Notes: generated from the sequence alone by a model not told the origin. 63,967 bases of DNA, filler included, from Octopus bimaculoides (GCF_001194135.2; 6 parts of 6 records of this genome joined end to end with filler, not necessarily neighbours in it); one strand, 5' to 3'; shown: positions 26,261 to 39,609, counted from the first letter of the whole stretch. Translations and numbers: made by a program.

Positions 26261-28805
26261 NNNNNNNNNNNNNNNNNNNNNNNNNNNNNNNNNNNNNNNN
26301 NNNNNNNNNNNNNNNNNNNNNNNNNNNNNNNNNNNNNNNNNNNNNNNNNNNNNNNNNNNNNNNNNNNNNNNNNNNNNNNNNNNNNNNNNNNNNNNNNNNN
26401 NNNNNNNNNNNNNNNNNNNNNNNNNNNNNNNNNNNNNNNNNNNNNNNNNNNNNNNNNNNNNNNNNNNNNNNNNNNNNNNNNNNNNNNNNNNNNNNNNNNN
26501 NNNNNNNNNNNNNNNNNNNNNNNNNNNNNNNNNNNNNNNNNNNNNNNNNNNNNNNNNNNNNNNNNNNNNNNNNNNNNNNNNNNNNNNNNNNNNNNNNNNN
26601 NNNNNNNNNNNNNNNNNNNNNNNNNNNNNNNNNNNNNNNNNNNNNNNNNNNNNNNNNNNNNNNNNNNNNNNNNNNNNNNNNNNNNNNNNNNNNNNNNNNN
26701 NNNNNNNNNNNNNNNNNNNNNNNNNNNNNNNNNNNNNNNNNNNNNNNNNNNNNNNNNNNNNNNNNNNNNNGGTTGTTAAGCGGTGGTGTGGGACAAACAC
26801 AGACACAAAGACACACACACACACATATATATATATGTGTGTGTGTGTGTGAGAGTGTCGAGAGCTGTCGATAGCAATATATAGCCCAAACCAAAAATAG
26901 TCTACGTCAAAGGATGGCTCTATACAGATACCAGATCAAAATTCGGAAATACAGAAAAATAGCACTCAGCGAACACATTGACATTTACTCCAATAACAAA
27001 CAGCCCAGCTTCAGAATTTTCCCCTGTATCAATTCAGGGACGATGCAACTTGTAGTCAGCGCATTAGTAAAGAGTCATACTTTATCACAAAATATAAACC
27101 CCTATTACAAGGGTCTTAGAATAATACCCACGCAAATATTAAAAACGATATATTCAGAACAGTCACTATCCATGAATTTATCCAGAACAATTCCAGTCAC
27201 TACTGTTACAACCACAACGGGTCACTTTTAGGTCACTTGACCATTTAAGAGGATTCCACCAACATCCTACACTCCCGCATTCTTCTTCTTCTTCTTCTTC
27301 TTCTTCTTCTTCTTCTTCTTCTTCTTCTTCTTCTTCTTCTTCTTCTTCTTCTTCTTCTTCGCCGCCTCCTTTTTCAACTACTACTACTGCTTAAACAATC
27401 AGAAACAAGAATTCATATCAAATATTAGGACTATTACTACCAGCTGCTCACTACGTAGAACACACATGAGTAAAAAAGAGAGACAGAGGAAAACAGAAAA
27501 AAGGAAAATATCCCTTGCATTTGAAAACTCACAATTTAATTGTTTTTCATGCGTTACTCTAGGTTGAAAATGTCGCAATGACTGAAACCGGTGCTAAAAT
27601 GCTCTTCACGATAAAATTATTTTGGCATTTTCTACCTTGTCTTATTTTCCTTATATATATATATATATATATNNNNNNNNNNNNNNNNNNNNNNNNNNNN
27701 NNNNNNNNNNNNNNNNNNNNNNNNNNNNNNNNNNNNNNNNNNNNNNNNNNNNNNNNNNNNNNNNNNNNNNNNNNNNNNNNNNNNNNNNNNNNNNNNNNNN
27801 NNNNNNNNNNNNNNNNNNNNNNNNNNNNNNNNNNNNNNNNNNNNNNNNNNNNNNNNNNNNNNNNNNNNNNNNNNNNNNNNNNNNNNNNNNNNNNNNNNNN
27901 NNNNNNNNNNNNNNNNNNNNNNNNNNNNNNNNNNNNNNNNNNNNNNNNNNNNNNNNNNNNNNNNNNNNNNNNNNNNNNNNNNNNNNNNNNNNNNNNNNNN
28001 NNNNNNNNNNNNNNNNNNNNNNNNNNNNNNNNNNNNNNNNNNNNNNNNNNNNNNNNNNNNNNNNNNNNNNNNNNNNNNNNNNNNNNNNNNNNNNNNNNNN
28101 NNNNNNNNNNNNNNNNNNNNNNNNNNNNNNNNNNNNNNNNNNNNNNNNNNNNNNNNNNNNNNNNNNNNNNNNNNNNNNNNNNNNNNNNNNNNNNNNNNNN
28201 NNNNNNNNNNNNNNNNNNNNNNNNNNNNNNNNNNNNNNNNNNNNNNNNNNNNNNNNNNNNNNNNNNNNNNNNNNNNNNNNNNNNNNNNNNNNNNNNNNNN
28301 NNNNNNNNNNNNNNNNNNNNNNNNNNNNNNNNNNNNNNNNNNNNNNNNNNNNNNNNNNNNNNNNNNNNNNNNNNNNNNNNNNNNNNNNNNNNNNNNNNNN
28401 NNNNNNNNNNNNNNNNNNNNNNNNNNNNNNNNNNNNNNNNNNNNNNNNNNNNNNNNNNNNNNNNNNNNNNNNNNNNNNNNNNNNNNNNNNNNNNNNNNNN
28501 NNNNNNNNNNNNNNNNNNNNNNNNNNNNNNNNNNNNNNNNNNNNNNNNNNNNNNNNNNNNNNNNNNNNNNNNNNNNNNNNNNNNNNNNNNNNNNNNNNNN
28601 NNNNNNNATTTGTGTGTGTGTAATATATGTATATAATTTGTGTATGTATATATACCTATGTCTGAGTGTATAATGTCCATATAATCTAGTTTCTTTCAAA
28701 ATTGGTCTATTTCTTTTTTAGTCTTTCTTCAGTCTGTTACAAATTTTCTTTAATTTAATCTTCCTATTCGATTCTTAAAATTCTCTCCATTTATTTCTTA
28801 TCTGC

Positions 28806-28911
<106 letters not shown>

Positions 28912-29145
28912 GTATATATATACATACACTCTCAGAAACTCAAACACGTACGCACATACATACATACTTAAGTACATACATACATACATACAGGCATGCA
29001 TACATACATGCATACATACATACATACATACATACATACATACATACATACATACATACATCTGCCACTCTTTCTCTCTGTTGTCTGTTTCGTGCATCAA
29101 TAAGAACTTATTTTTATATTTTCCTCTTTCATGTTCTCTTGCAAG

Positions 29146-29307
29146 AAAAGTGGTTCGACAACCTACTTCTGGTTTCGTGTCGCTCTCAACAGTGCTCCGG
29201 CGATCGATTCAACACCTATAATAAGCTGGAAGATATCGGCCGCATTAGTATGCGCTTGGTTATTGGTTTTCTGTTGCATGATCAAAGGAATCAAATCTTC
29301 TGGAAAG
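29146..29307 (+). CDS. SLC6: SLC6 Na+-dependent neutral amino-acid transporter (SLC6A15/17/19-like), internal exon (end of EL2 + TM4)
   Basis: Translates KSGSTTYFWFRVALNSAPAIDSTPIISWKISAALVCAWLLVFCCMIKGIKSSGK, resembling the SLC6A15-type SSATTYYWYREALN...W...MIKGIQSSGK segment. Pyrimidine tract + AAG acceptor, donor AAG|gtaaga, 162 bp, phase 0/0. The 5' boundary is the least certain part. Confidence 0.9.
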
Positions 29308-29544
29308 GTAAGACGAAATGTGTTGGTGGAGGGTTGAAATGGACTAAATAAGTAATTAAAAGAAAAATGTTTATTAATTTGTAATATAAATGTCATTCAC
29401 ATATTAAAGTTCATGATCATTAAGAAACACTTATTTTTAATGCTATTGATATTATCAATATCGTATCAACTGTAAAATAAATTATATTTGATAATGCTAT
29501 GTAACATTGTTAAAAGTTGTATTATTATTAATTTTGTTTTCCAA

Positions 29545-29990
29545 GACGGTGAGCTCTGAAAATCGTTAGCATGCCGGGAACGGGAAAAATGCTTAGCGAT
29601 GTTACGTCCATCTTTACGTTCTGTGTTCAAATTCCGCCGAGGTCGACTTTGCTTTTCATCCTTTCGGGGTCGTAGAAATAAATACCAATTGTGCACTAGG
29701 ATCTATGTAATCGACTAAACCCTTCTCCAAAATTTCAGGCCTTATGCTTCTAGTAGAAAGGCTTATTACTTTTGCTCCCCAAGGCGATAAGCTGGCAGAA
29801 ACGTTAGCACGACGGACAAAATGGTTAGCGGTATCTCTTCCGTCATCATATCTGCGTTCAAATTCCGTCAAGGTCGACTTTGCCTTTCATCCTTTCTGAA
29901 TTGATAAAATAAAGTACCACTCAAGAACTGGAGTTGATGTAATCGACTAGTCACCTCCCCGCAAATTTTCTGGCCTTGTGCCTACAGTTA
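29545..29990 (+). mobile_element. Two tandem SINE family A copies in an SLC6 intron
   Basis: cggtgagctctgaaaatcgttagc...cctttcggggtcgtagaaataaataccaa, then ggcgataagctggcagaaacgttagc...tgataaaataaagtacc. Confidence 0.8.
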
Positions 29991-31292
29991 GAAAGATTAC
30001 TATTTTTGTTTTCTAATTTTTATAACCGCTTCTGCGTAAACTCAAATTGTTTCTCTACTTGTTTCCTACGTTGCTAATGTGGTAAACAAACACATCATCA
30101 CTAACACGATTTCAGTATTCTTAGTTATGTCAGCAAAATCGGGTAAAGCTCTGTGAACTTTGGGTTCATCCTAATATGTGCCGTGTTTTCTAATGGTATT
30201 TTCTGCATGCTGCATGTGAGTAAATGTTTTGGTATTATTTGAAATATATCTAACTGGCTCTCTTTCTAGTCTTCATAAGGAGTCTATTACTATAGAAATC
30301 CTGTTTTAAATTGCCACATTAAAAAAATTTACATTTCTAGCTTGGACAATATAATTCATTTGTAGGAAAATCGCTTTATTAAAAATATAACTTGTGAATA
30401 TTTTTCTTTCCCAAATCCTTTTATATATTGAATAATATATATGATAATGTATATATGAATTTCTTAAACATTATTTATTCATTTATTTTTGTGAAGTCAC
30501 TCAAATCCTCTCCAGTTAGAGATTTCGGAGATGCGAGTGTCGTCATCGTAATTGGGTAAAAAATGGACTGACTATAATGAATTATTAGGATAAGTTCCAT
30601 ATAAAATTGACTTGCTCTTTCATTTCTTTCTATGTGGATTTGATTCAATTAGGAGAGTAACCTTTTGCTACAGATAAAAGCAATTAGCACCGCGTATTAA
30701 TTTTCTTTTTATTTAATGCAATAGAAAAATGATTTATCAAATAGTTTCAAGGATTGATTTATTCCGAACATTTACAATTGAAATATTCCCCATTATATGA
30801 AAGTTTAGCATCTAAGTTTGGGAATTTGTTTGAAATTTTATGAAATTATAATTTTCCTGTTACTAATATGTGCAAGTTGTAACGATATACACAACTTACC
30901 CAAGGTCTTTGCTATCGTTGGTTTCCAATAACTAAATGCATATCTCGCTTTGAGAGAACACTATTAGAATAATAAATGGGGCGTCTTAGCAATACCTCAC
31001 ATGATACATGCAATAGCTTACATGTGTGGGTGTGTCTGTGTGTACTAGTAGTTGCTATGAAATGAAAATGAAATTGATTTTGATACGGAAGATAAATATC
31101 TTAATTATTACGATAAAACGTGACCTTACGTCACACGCGCGCGCGTGTTAAAGTATGTTTAAGGAAGGTGATTTTACAAAGTTATTTCAATTGGTGACAC
31201 CATAATTTTTTGTACTCATTGAAACAACCTCTTGAAATTTTACACGTAAGATACTAAATGATTCTTTTTTTTTCTCTCTCTCTTAATTCCAG

Positions 31293-31403
31293 GTTGTCTA
31301 TGTTACAGCAACTTTCCCATATTTTGTCCTGGTCATTTTTTTCTTTCGCGGAGTAACTCTACATGGATTTGAGGAAGGTGTTAAATACTTATTTATTCCA
31401 AAG
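31293..31403 (+). CDS. SLC6: SLC6 transporter internal exon (TM5)
   Basis: ttccag|GTT...AAG|gtaaaa; 111 bp; [37 protein letters not shown] matches the SLC6 motif VVY.TATFPY.VL...RG.TL.G...G..Y...P; phase 0/0. Confidence 0.95.
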
Positions 31404-34048
31404 GTAAAATTTTAAACGTTAATTTTTCACACATAACCCTGCATAAATTTAAAATAACATGTGTACGAACCAACGTGGTCGCTTAACTGCTTGAAATAAC
31501 CAAATCTGTTTCAAATCACAACTTACCTTAATTTGAATAAAAATGTAAATACAATTAAACAATGTATTTGTAGATATATAGAAAAGGATGAAAATCATAT
31601 TCGAAATGCATTTGCTCTGATAATGTTCTAGGTTAAATTAACGATGTATTTAAAATCGCAAAGAGCTTATGTGCTCATAAAGATATGTACATTGATGTAT
31701 AAATATAATACGTAATACGCTACTGCCATACATTTATATTAAGATTAGTTGACCTCCTATCACACGTTCGCACGACATCTTTTGTTTTAAGTGTGTTTCA
31801 ATGGAAGTATGTATCAAAGAAGTTATGTTTAAGACACTGAACTGTAAATACTATTATAGGCAGTTGGGAATCTTAACTCATGACACAATTCAAAAGCACG
31901 CATCAATTATTCTATTAAAGGATCGTTTTTATGTTGTGAGCAATGTCAAATATATAATCATTTTAGACACTTGATACACCATGATTATGCAAAAAGAATG
32001 AAAGAAATATGATGGGCTCTAATTTGGTTAAGTGACATTCCGTGCCGTTTGATTACCCCCAGAAAGTTGTTCTCATAAGAACTTCGCATTTAAAACAAGC
32101 TGCTGACTAAAAAGTAGTACGTTAATAGAAAGTCTGAGATATCTTAATGCTATTATTTTGGGCTTCTTCACTGAGAAAGCTATTTCACTATGGCTTCCAT
32201 GATTTTATTTAACATTTCATATTGATATCTCTAAATATTTTCTTGCATATAATTGTAGAACAAAGCTCGTAGATATTTTAATGCTATGCAGTCTCACTTA
32301 ACCAATTTACTGATAATCAATTTTTTTATATGAAATTTCTAATGATATCTTAATGCTACTTGTTAGACCCACTGAATTTATATTTCATGCAATACCATTT
32401 TAAATAAGATGGCGATCTTAATGCCTTTCTTGGTGCATTAAAACATTACTCAAATAAGTGGCTGGTATTTCTAAAACAAAAATAAATATGTCTGTAAACG
32501 AAACGGAGAAATAGTTATTAAACAAATCATAAGCTATAAATGTAATGTGCACGTCTAAACACCAGCGGCAATATGCCCCCAAACCTATTCATATCTCTTT
32601 GGGCTTGTTTCTAAGTGATTATAAGTTTAAAACTTTTCTAAGCATTCCTTCAACACATTCGCAGTTGTGTGAGAATACTATAAATCCGATAGAAATTATG
32701 AAACTAAGAAGTAACATATTAACACCAAAACAGACAAAATCCGTTAAGACATCCAAGGGATTTTACATAATTATCAATTGCAAGGAATATGCTAATTACA
32801 AGTTCGGGCTGCTTTCGACGTGTGCCCACACGCATTACGTTATACGATTCAACGATTTTATCCATCATTAACTAAAAATCATACAAATGAAAACAAGGCA
32901 CATATGTTTTTTTACATATTTAAGCAATTTAAAAAGAATATATTTATATCATTATCTCTTACTGTCGTAAAAATTTGAAATAAAAATGATATTGATATGA
33001 TTTAATGTATTTCTATTTCAATAAACAGAGTTGAATAGTTTATTTAATAGAGAAATAAATTGTTAAAAATAACTAATAATATTTTGAAATATGAAACAAA
33101 ATGTGTTTTGCTCAATAAACTTTCATAAATAATGTAAAAGTCATAGCTCCAGTAGGTTTTAATATATCAGACTAATCATTAAAGCAAAGTATCAAACCAG
33201 TAAATAAATAAAGCAAAAGCAACGGTACTTAATGATAACGGGTTAAACAGAAAAGAGAGATTGCGCAATGGATTCTCGTCCAATAGCAATGGGCTTGTTA
33301 TTGAATAGTTTGTCTGTTTGCGAGTCTCATAACTCATTTGCTTTTAGAGGAATTTCAAAAGTCTTCACTTTCTCAAAGTGCCTATATAGCAAATGGACGC
33401 ATCAGTGCCACTCTAATCTGTACTTGCGAGAGGAATCGGCGTAAACAATTTTTTGTGGAAGAAATGCGGACAAATTGTACGATGATTTTTGATGTTGCTA
33501 AGATCAGACTATCCTATGCGACATTTTACTTAAGTTTCGCATTATGTAATGTCTAAATTCAGACTCATTACGTTTTGAATTAAAATTTTGCTAAAGTCAA
33601 CTTTGTTTTCACCCTTTCAAAGTCGATAAGTACCAGTCTATTACTGGGCTCGATGCTAGCTTTGTGTTGAAACTTGAAACCATTGTTTAACGTCCAATTT
33701 ATATTCAGCAGCGTTGGAAAATGTTTGCTCAGCTTCAGCGTGCCTCAACAAGTATAATTTCATTACATTTTCAAAGTTTTCTAATTTGCATATTTTCAAA
33801 TATGGCACACACAAAGTAATCAAATACAAGCATAAAAATTTTAGAACAGTTATTTTATATAAATGTTTTTCAATAGAAAACTTATATAAGAATATTTCTC
33901 AAAATCATCATTATCCTCATTTTTTTCTTTATCATTTCATTATATTCAAAGCCTCACGCTTCATGTCTGTCTTTATATTGTCCCACTCAGCCTTCGTCCT
34001 GGTGGCAAATAAAACAAATCATTACTATTATTACTATTACTTTTACAG

Positions 34049-34250
34049 TGGGACAAGTTATTCGAACCTGCTGTTTGGTTAGATGCAGCAACTCAAATAT
34101 TCTATTCATTTGGCTTAGCATTCGGATGCTTGGTAGCTTTGGCTTCATATAATCCTGTCCGCAGTAACTTTCTAAGTGAAGCGCTTATGGTCAGTGTCGG
34201 CGACTTCTTCACTTCCTTATTGACTGCCACAGTGGTTTTCTCAGTTCTCG
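34049..34250 (+). CDS. SLC6: SLC6 transporter internal exon (TM6-TM7)
   Basis: tttacag|TGG...CTCG|gtaagt; 202 bp; WDKLFEPAVWLDAATQIFYSFGLAFGCLVALASYNPVRSNFLSEALMVSVGDFFTSLLTATVVFSVL(G) contains the canonical W.DAATQIF.S and SYN motifs; phase 0/1. Confidence 0.95.
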
Positions 34251-34419
34251 GTAAGTTCAGTATACTCATCACATTTGCTGCCATCAATGCTATCATCGTT
34301 AAAACTATCATTACTACAACTATCATTGCCACAATCACTTCTACTACATCCTCCAAGCCCAATACCACCAAAACCACCACCAACACCGCCACCACTACCA
34401 CAATCACCAAGTGTGAGAC

Positions 34420-34600
34420 TCTCCGGTCTCACACTTGCGGATAGCCATCTCCGCCCCGATGATGGTGAACAGAAATATGGCCTGGGAGCCTGGCCAAGAA
34501 CGCCTGCAGACTCCACTCCCACAGGCTCGACCATAAACCTGTCAGAAAGCGACCGATACTTCGTACATCTAGTGAAAAAGCGAAACAGACACAACTGGAA
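34420..34600 (-). mobile_element. Relic of a restriction-like-endonuclease (CRE/R2-superfamily) non-LTR element
   Basis: TKYRSLSDRFMVEPVGVESAGVLG then, frameshifted, IIGAEMAIRKCETGESHTW; resembles KY..L...Y.F.P..VET.G..G......IG..L...TG. Confidence 0.45.
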
Positions 34601-35761
34601 CGTCATTGATCACAGGACTACTTCATGAGAACAGAGAAGCGGATGGTGTAGACAACATCAACAACAGTTAACGCGATGTTCTGCAGATTTTGGTATCTAG
34701 AATAAGTTAATGTTTTCACATCTGCAATGCGTACTCATTTCAAAACCATCAGTTTTAGCACCATGACTACCCTCATCAATACCCTCATCTTCATTACTGC
34801 CATAAATATTACTAACAACGATTTTATTACCAAGATCTTTATCGGAATGTGTAGCCTTTTGAGGGGAATTTATCTTTAGAGTGAATTGTTCTGTATTTAT
34901 AAAAAAAAAAAAAAAAAGGATNNNNNNNNNNAGAGTGAATTGTTCTGTATTTATAAAAAAAAAAAAAAAAAGGATTAAAAAATTACATAAAGTATGAATG
35001 GGAATTATCAAGAATTAAATAACCACATTTTTTTTTCATGGTGGAAAATCCTTATCTCATGAATGAAAACATTTTAGATAAATTTTATCCATGAAATGAA
35101 AGATATTTACACAGCAATAACGTACAGCAACAAGACAATATTTGTACAAACAAAATATTCTTCCCGGTTTGGTAACGCAGGAATGAGAATTCTTTAGAAT
35201 TGTTTCAGTTAATTTACTAAAATGAAGTTTCAATGGAGTTTTTGTTTAAACAGAATGCCATTTGTAAATAAAGTTTAAACAGATACCTTGGCTATTTACA
35301 TGTGTTTGCAAATTTACGTAATGGAAGTGTTCAAATTCAAGCCGATTGGTTATCGTATCTCTCAGAGCGTCACAATGGATGCTTTACAATATTTGTTGCC
35401 GTTCTTTCATTCTGCCTCAAATTCCGCTGTGGCCTACTTGCGTGGTAACCTGAATATCTCGCTCAATTTTATTCCACAGAGTCTTTTAAGTAGCGTCAAC
35501 TGTGTTGCAAGCACTAGGACTCAGTTCCCTGGCTTGAGAATACCTTCCTCCCTCACACCCATGAATATCCGAAGGAATGTAAAACGGCCATAAGTATTGC
35601 TTTCTCTCCTGAATTAAAGATAATAAAAGAAAATTTATATATACAAACATAGACGCGCGCGCACACGCAGGAGTAAGCGCGCGTACTCACTCACACACAG
35701 ACACACATACGCACACACACACACATACATATACACACACATACACACATATTTGTATATA

Positions 35762-35931
35762 GCTGGCATGGCTATGTGGTAAGAAGACTGCTTCCCAGCC
35801 ACGTGGTTCCTTGTTCAGTCACACTACGTGTCACCTTGGGCATGTGTCTTCAACTACAGTCGACCAAAGCCTTTAGATTTGGTAGACAGAAACTGAAAGA
35901 AACCCGTCGTATGTGTACACAAATATATATG

Positions 35932-35990
<59 letters not shown>

Positions 35991-36146
35991 CTGTGTGTTT
36001 GTTTCCCCACCGCCATCAAAGCTTGACAACCGGTATTTATCATTTTAGTCCTTGTTACTTAGTAGTTCTCCTAAAATGACCGATAGAAAAAGGGCTAGGC
36101 TTAAAAACACGTATTGGGGTCGATTCGTTTGACTAAAAGCCTTCAA
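35762..36146 (+). mobile_element. SINE family B (tRNA head, CORE-like, internal (TA)n(TG)n)
   Basis: ggcatggctatgtggtaagaag...gtcaccttgggcatgtgtctt...tttggtagacagaaactgaaagaaacccgtcg...gcttgacaaccg; gtcaccttgggca resembles the MIR/CORE motif. Confidence 0.85.
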
Positions 36147-36246
36147 NNNNNNNNNNNNNNNNNNNNNNNNNNNNNNNNNNNNNNNNNNNNTTAATTAATT
36201 AANNNNNNNNNNNNNNNNNNNNNNNNNNNNNNNNNNNNNNNNNNNN
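36147..36246. other. Artificial scaffold join
   Basis: 44 N + TTAATTAATTAA + 44 N; separates the SLC6 exons from the SoxF exons. Confidence 0.95.
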
Positions 36247-36459
36247 TATATATATATATATATATATATATCAGTAGCGACTCCAGCACTGGGGCTATTC
36301 GGGCTTAGCCCCGTATGTAAATTTGTGAACGTGTATTTGCAAGCTAATTTGATTTCTGCCAACACTGACTTCAAGTATGTAATTTCAGCCAATAACTCCG
36401 GTTCCTTTTATTGAGTCTGGTCGCAGGTCATTTATTTTCGTTCAGCGTCTGACGTTTCA

Positions 36460-36807
36460 TTAATGATGCTCCAGAAGTTGAGGGAACTTGGCAACGAAGT
36501 TCTTCCCCACCCATCTTATTCCCCAGACCTTTTCTCCAACCGACTACCACTTTTTTTAAGCACCTTGATCGCTTCCTGCGAGAGGAGTTCAAAAATCAAA
36601 ACAATGCTGAAAGTGCGTTCAAAGAGTTCATCAGCTCCAGAATTCCAGATTTTAATGTTAACGGAATAAACAAACTTGTAACTCGTAGACAAAAATCTGT
36701 TGATTGTAATGGTAATTACTTTGATGAATAAAAATTCCGCATTGTTGAAATATATAATGCGATGAATTTCATGTTTCAAAACGTTACTTACTTTTTACTC
36801 AGCCTGA
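36460..36807 (+). pseudogene. Mariner transposase C-terminal relic (Hsmar1/cecropia-like) with right TIR
   Basis: LQKLRELGNEVLPHPSYSPDL(fs)PTDYHFFKHLD...GINKLVTRRQKSVDCNGNYFDE*; TIR ttactttttactcagcctga followed by TA. Confidence 0.9.
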
Positions 36808-36934
36808 TATATACAAATATAGTATATATATAGTATATAGAGGAATACATATGTGTATGGGAAATCTATCTGTAAATAGATAGATAGATCGATATAGATA
36901 TAGATATATATGCGCGCGTGTGTGTGTGCATACG

Positions 36935-37080
36935 CACGGGTTTCGTCGTTCAAAATTTCACTTGCAAGGAAATTGGTCAGCTCAGAGCTATACTAGAAGA
37001 CACTTGCGCAAGGTGCTACACAGTGGGATCGAACCTGAAACCACGTGGCTGTGAAACGAACTGCTTAACCACACAGCTGC
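36935..37080 (-). mobile_element. SINE family B 5' part
   Basis: ctatactagaagacacttgcgcaaggtgctacacagtgggatcgaacc...cttaaccacacagc. Confidence 0.75.
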
Positions 37081-38093
37081 TAGTCTGTGCTTACATGCAT
37101 ACACACACACACAACGTCATATATATAAGACGCATGGTCTCGCAATGTGCGTTCTTTATTCAAACATTCACAAAATAAATTCAAGCCGAGCTATTTTTTT
37201 TATATTTATTTATTGATTTACTTTTAATTCTCTTTTCTTTCTCGTTCCTTATACTGTGTTTGTCTCTGGTTTGGATTTGTACAATCCATCAATATCAGAC
37301 ATAGTTCATTGACTAAGCAGGTCAATTCTGTTTCAGCTAATTGAAAAAACAAAAACAAAAAAAAAGAGAGAGTGGATTCAAAAAGCACGTGAACNNNNNN
37401 NNNNNNNNNNNNNNNNNNNNNNNNNNNNNNNNNNNNNNNNNNNNNNNNNNNNNNNNNNNNNNNNNNNNNNNNNNNNNNNNNNNNNNNNNNNNNNNNNNNN
37501 NNNNNNNNNNNNNNNNNNNNNNNNNNNNNNNNNNNNNNNNNNNNNNNNNNNNNNNNNNNNNNNNNNNNNNNNNNNNNNNNNNNNNNNNNNNNNNNNNNNN
37601 NNNNNNNNNNNNNNNNNNNNNNNNNNNNNNNNNNNNNNNNNNNNNNNNNNNNNNNNNNNNNNNNNNNNNNNNNNNNNNNNNNNNNNNNNNNNNNNNNNNN
37701 NNNNNNNNNNNNNNNNNNNNNNNNNNNNNNNNNNNNNNNNNNNNNNNNNNNNNNNNNNNNNNNNNNNNNNNNNNNNNNNNNNNNNNNNNNNNNNNNNNNN
37801 NNNNNNNNNNNNNNNNNNNNNNNNNNNNNNNNNNNNNNNNNNNNNNNNNNNNNNNNNNNNNNNNNNNNNNNNNNNNNNNNNNNNNNNNNNNNNNNNNNNN
37901 NNNNNNNNNNNNNNNNNNNNNNNNNNNNNNNNNNNNNNNNNNNNNNNNNNNNNNNNNNNNNNNNNNNNNNNNNNNNNNNNNNNNNNNNNNNNNNNNNNNN
38001 NNNNNNNNNNNNNNNNNNNNNNNNNNNNNNNNNNNNNNNNNNNNNNNNNNNNNNNNNNNNNNNNNNNNNNNNNNNNNNNNNNNNNNNNNNNNN

Positions 38094-38135
<42 letters not shown>

Positions 38136-39242
38136 CCATGAATATACATACATATTTTTTTGTTTGTTTGTTTACTAATAAGAAGGGGAAATAAGATCAT
38201 ATGGCTTCTCAAAGGTAATTAACAATTAAGATACTTAAGTGAGAAAAAAAAAAGATGGTGATAAAATGACACAGAAAGAAAGAAGGAGAAGTGATTAAGT
38301 GTGTGACTGTGATATGCAACCGCTACGTGATCTGATGAAATCCATGGCGTATAACCATTTAGCTTGTAGCATAGGTCTACTTCTGTACAGATATATATAT
38401 ATATATAATAAGGATAATAATTATAATAATAAAATTAAAATTGTTTATTTTCTCTTTTACATATGTGTGAGTGTGCAGTATATTCTCTTTGACCTCTTTG
38501 AATCTCTGGCCATAATGGCTGCTGTTAATGTACTTCCGGTATGAGCCATTAAACCATTCGAGAAATGAGCACTGGATTAAGCTAATGCTAAAATGCTGTA
38601 TTTTTAATGAGCATTGCTTGCTTTGGTTTGTTCATGTTTTCTTTTCTATCATTATTTCTGGTTTTGGTTGGTTTTCACATTTATTCTTTTATTGGGTCTC
38701 TCTCTGTACTCCAATTTGTTTCAAATATTTATTTGTTTTCATTTTTTTTTCTATTTGTTGGTATTATTTTTTTTGCTTCATTTTTGTACTTTTATTTATT
38801 CATTTTGTTTGTTTTTTTTTATAGTTTTTTACTTGGTCCCATATAAAAACAAATAACTGGCTACAAGCATTCCATTCAATCGACTGACTGATTATATACA
38901 TGCAAATATATATACACATGTACATCACATTGACTTCTTTACAAATCTATATATATACGTATACATACACGCATACACACAAGTACACATATGTGCGCGC
39001 ATGCGCACGCACAAACTTAATCTCTATAGTTTCTTCAGTTGATTTTCGCATTGTGAATTTATCACTAAGTTCCATATAATTATTTAATTTTGATATTTTT
39101 TTCTCTTTTTCTCTTTCTTAGTTTCGCTAAACTGTGCTGTTGCTACTACTTAGGTTGTTATTAATGACTTACAACATCAGTAGTGTTCTGTTGTTGTTGT
39201 TGTTGGGGCTATCGTTGTCATCGTTGTCATTCAAGCATCCCT

Positions 39243-39577
39243 CTAACTCGCAAAAAGATCATCGTTCTCATTGACAGTAAAAGCCGAGACAAGATAGCAA
39301 GAAAATTCATAATTTCCGTCGTCGTAAAAATTAGAAAATTCAGCATTGGTGTTGTTAATGTTGTTGTTGTTGCTCGAATTGTTGTTGTTGTTATTATTTG
39401 TTGTTGGAGGAGTTGTACAGTTGCCAGTAGCGTTAACGATATTGTTGTTGCTATTGTTTCGATTTAGCTGTTGTTGCTGTTGTTGATGAAGTTGAAGCTG
39501 TTGTTGTTGTTGTTGACGATGATGTTGATGCTGCTCTTCTAAAGTATTGTTGTATGGAGGTGGTGCGAGTTGTTGCT

Positions 39578-39609
<32 letters not shown>

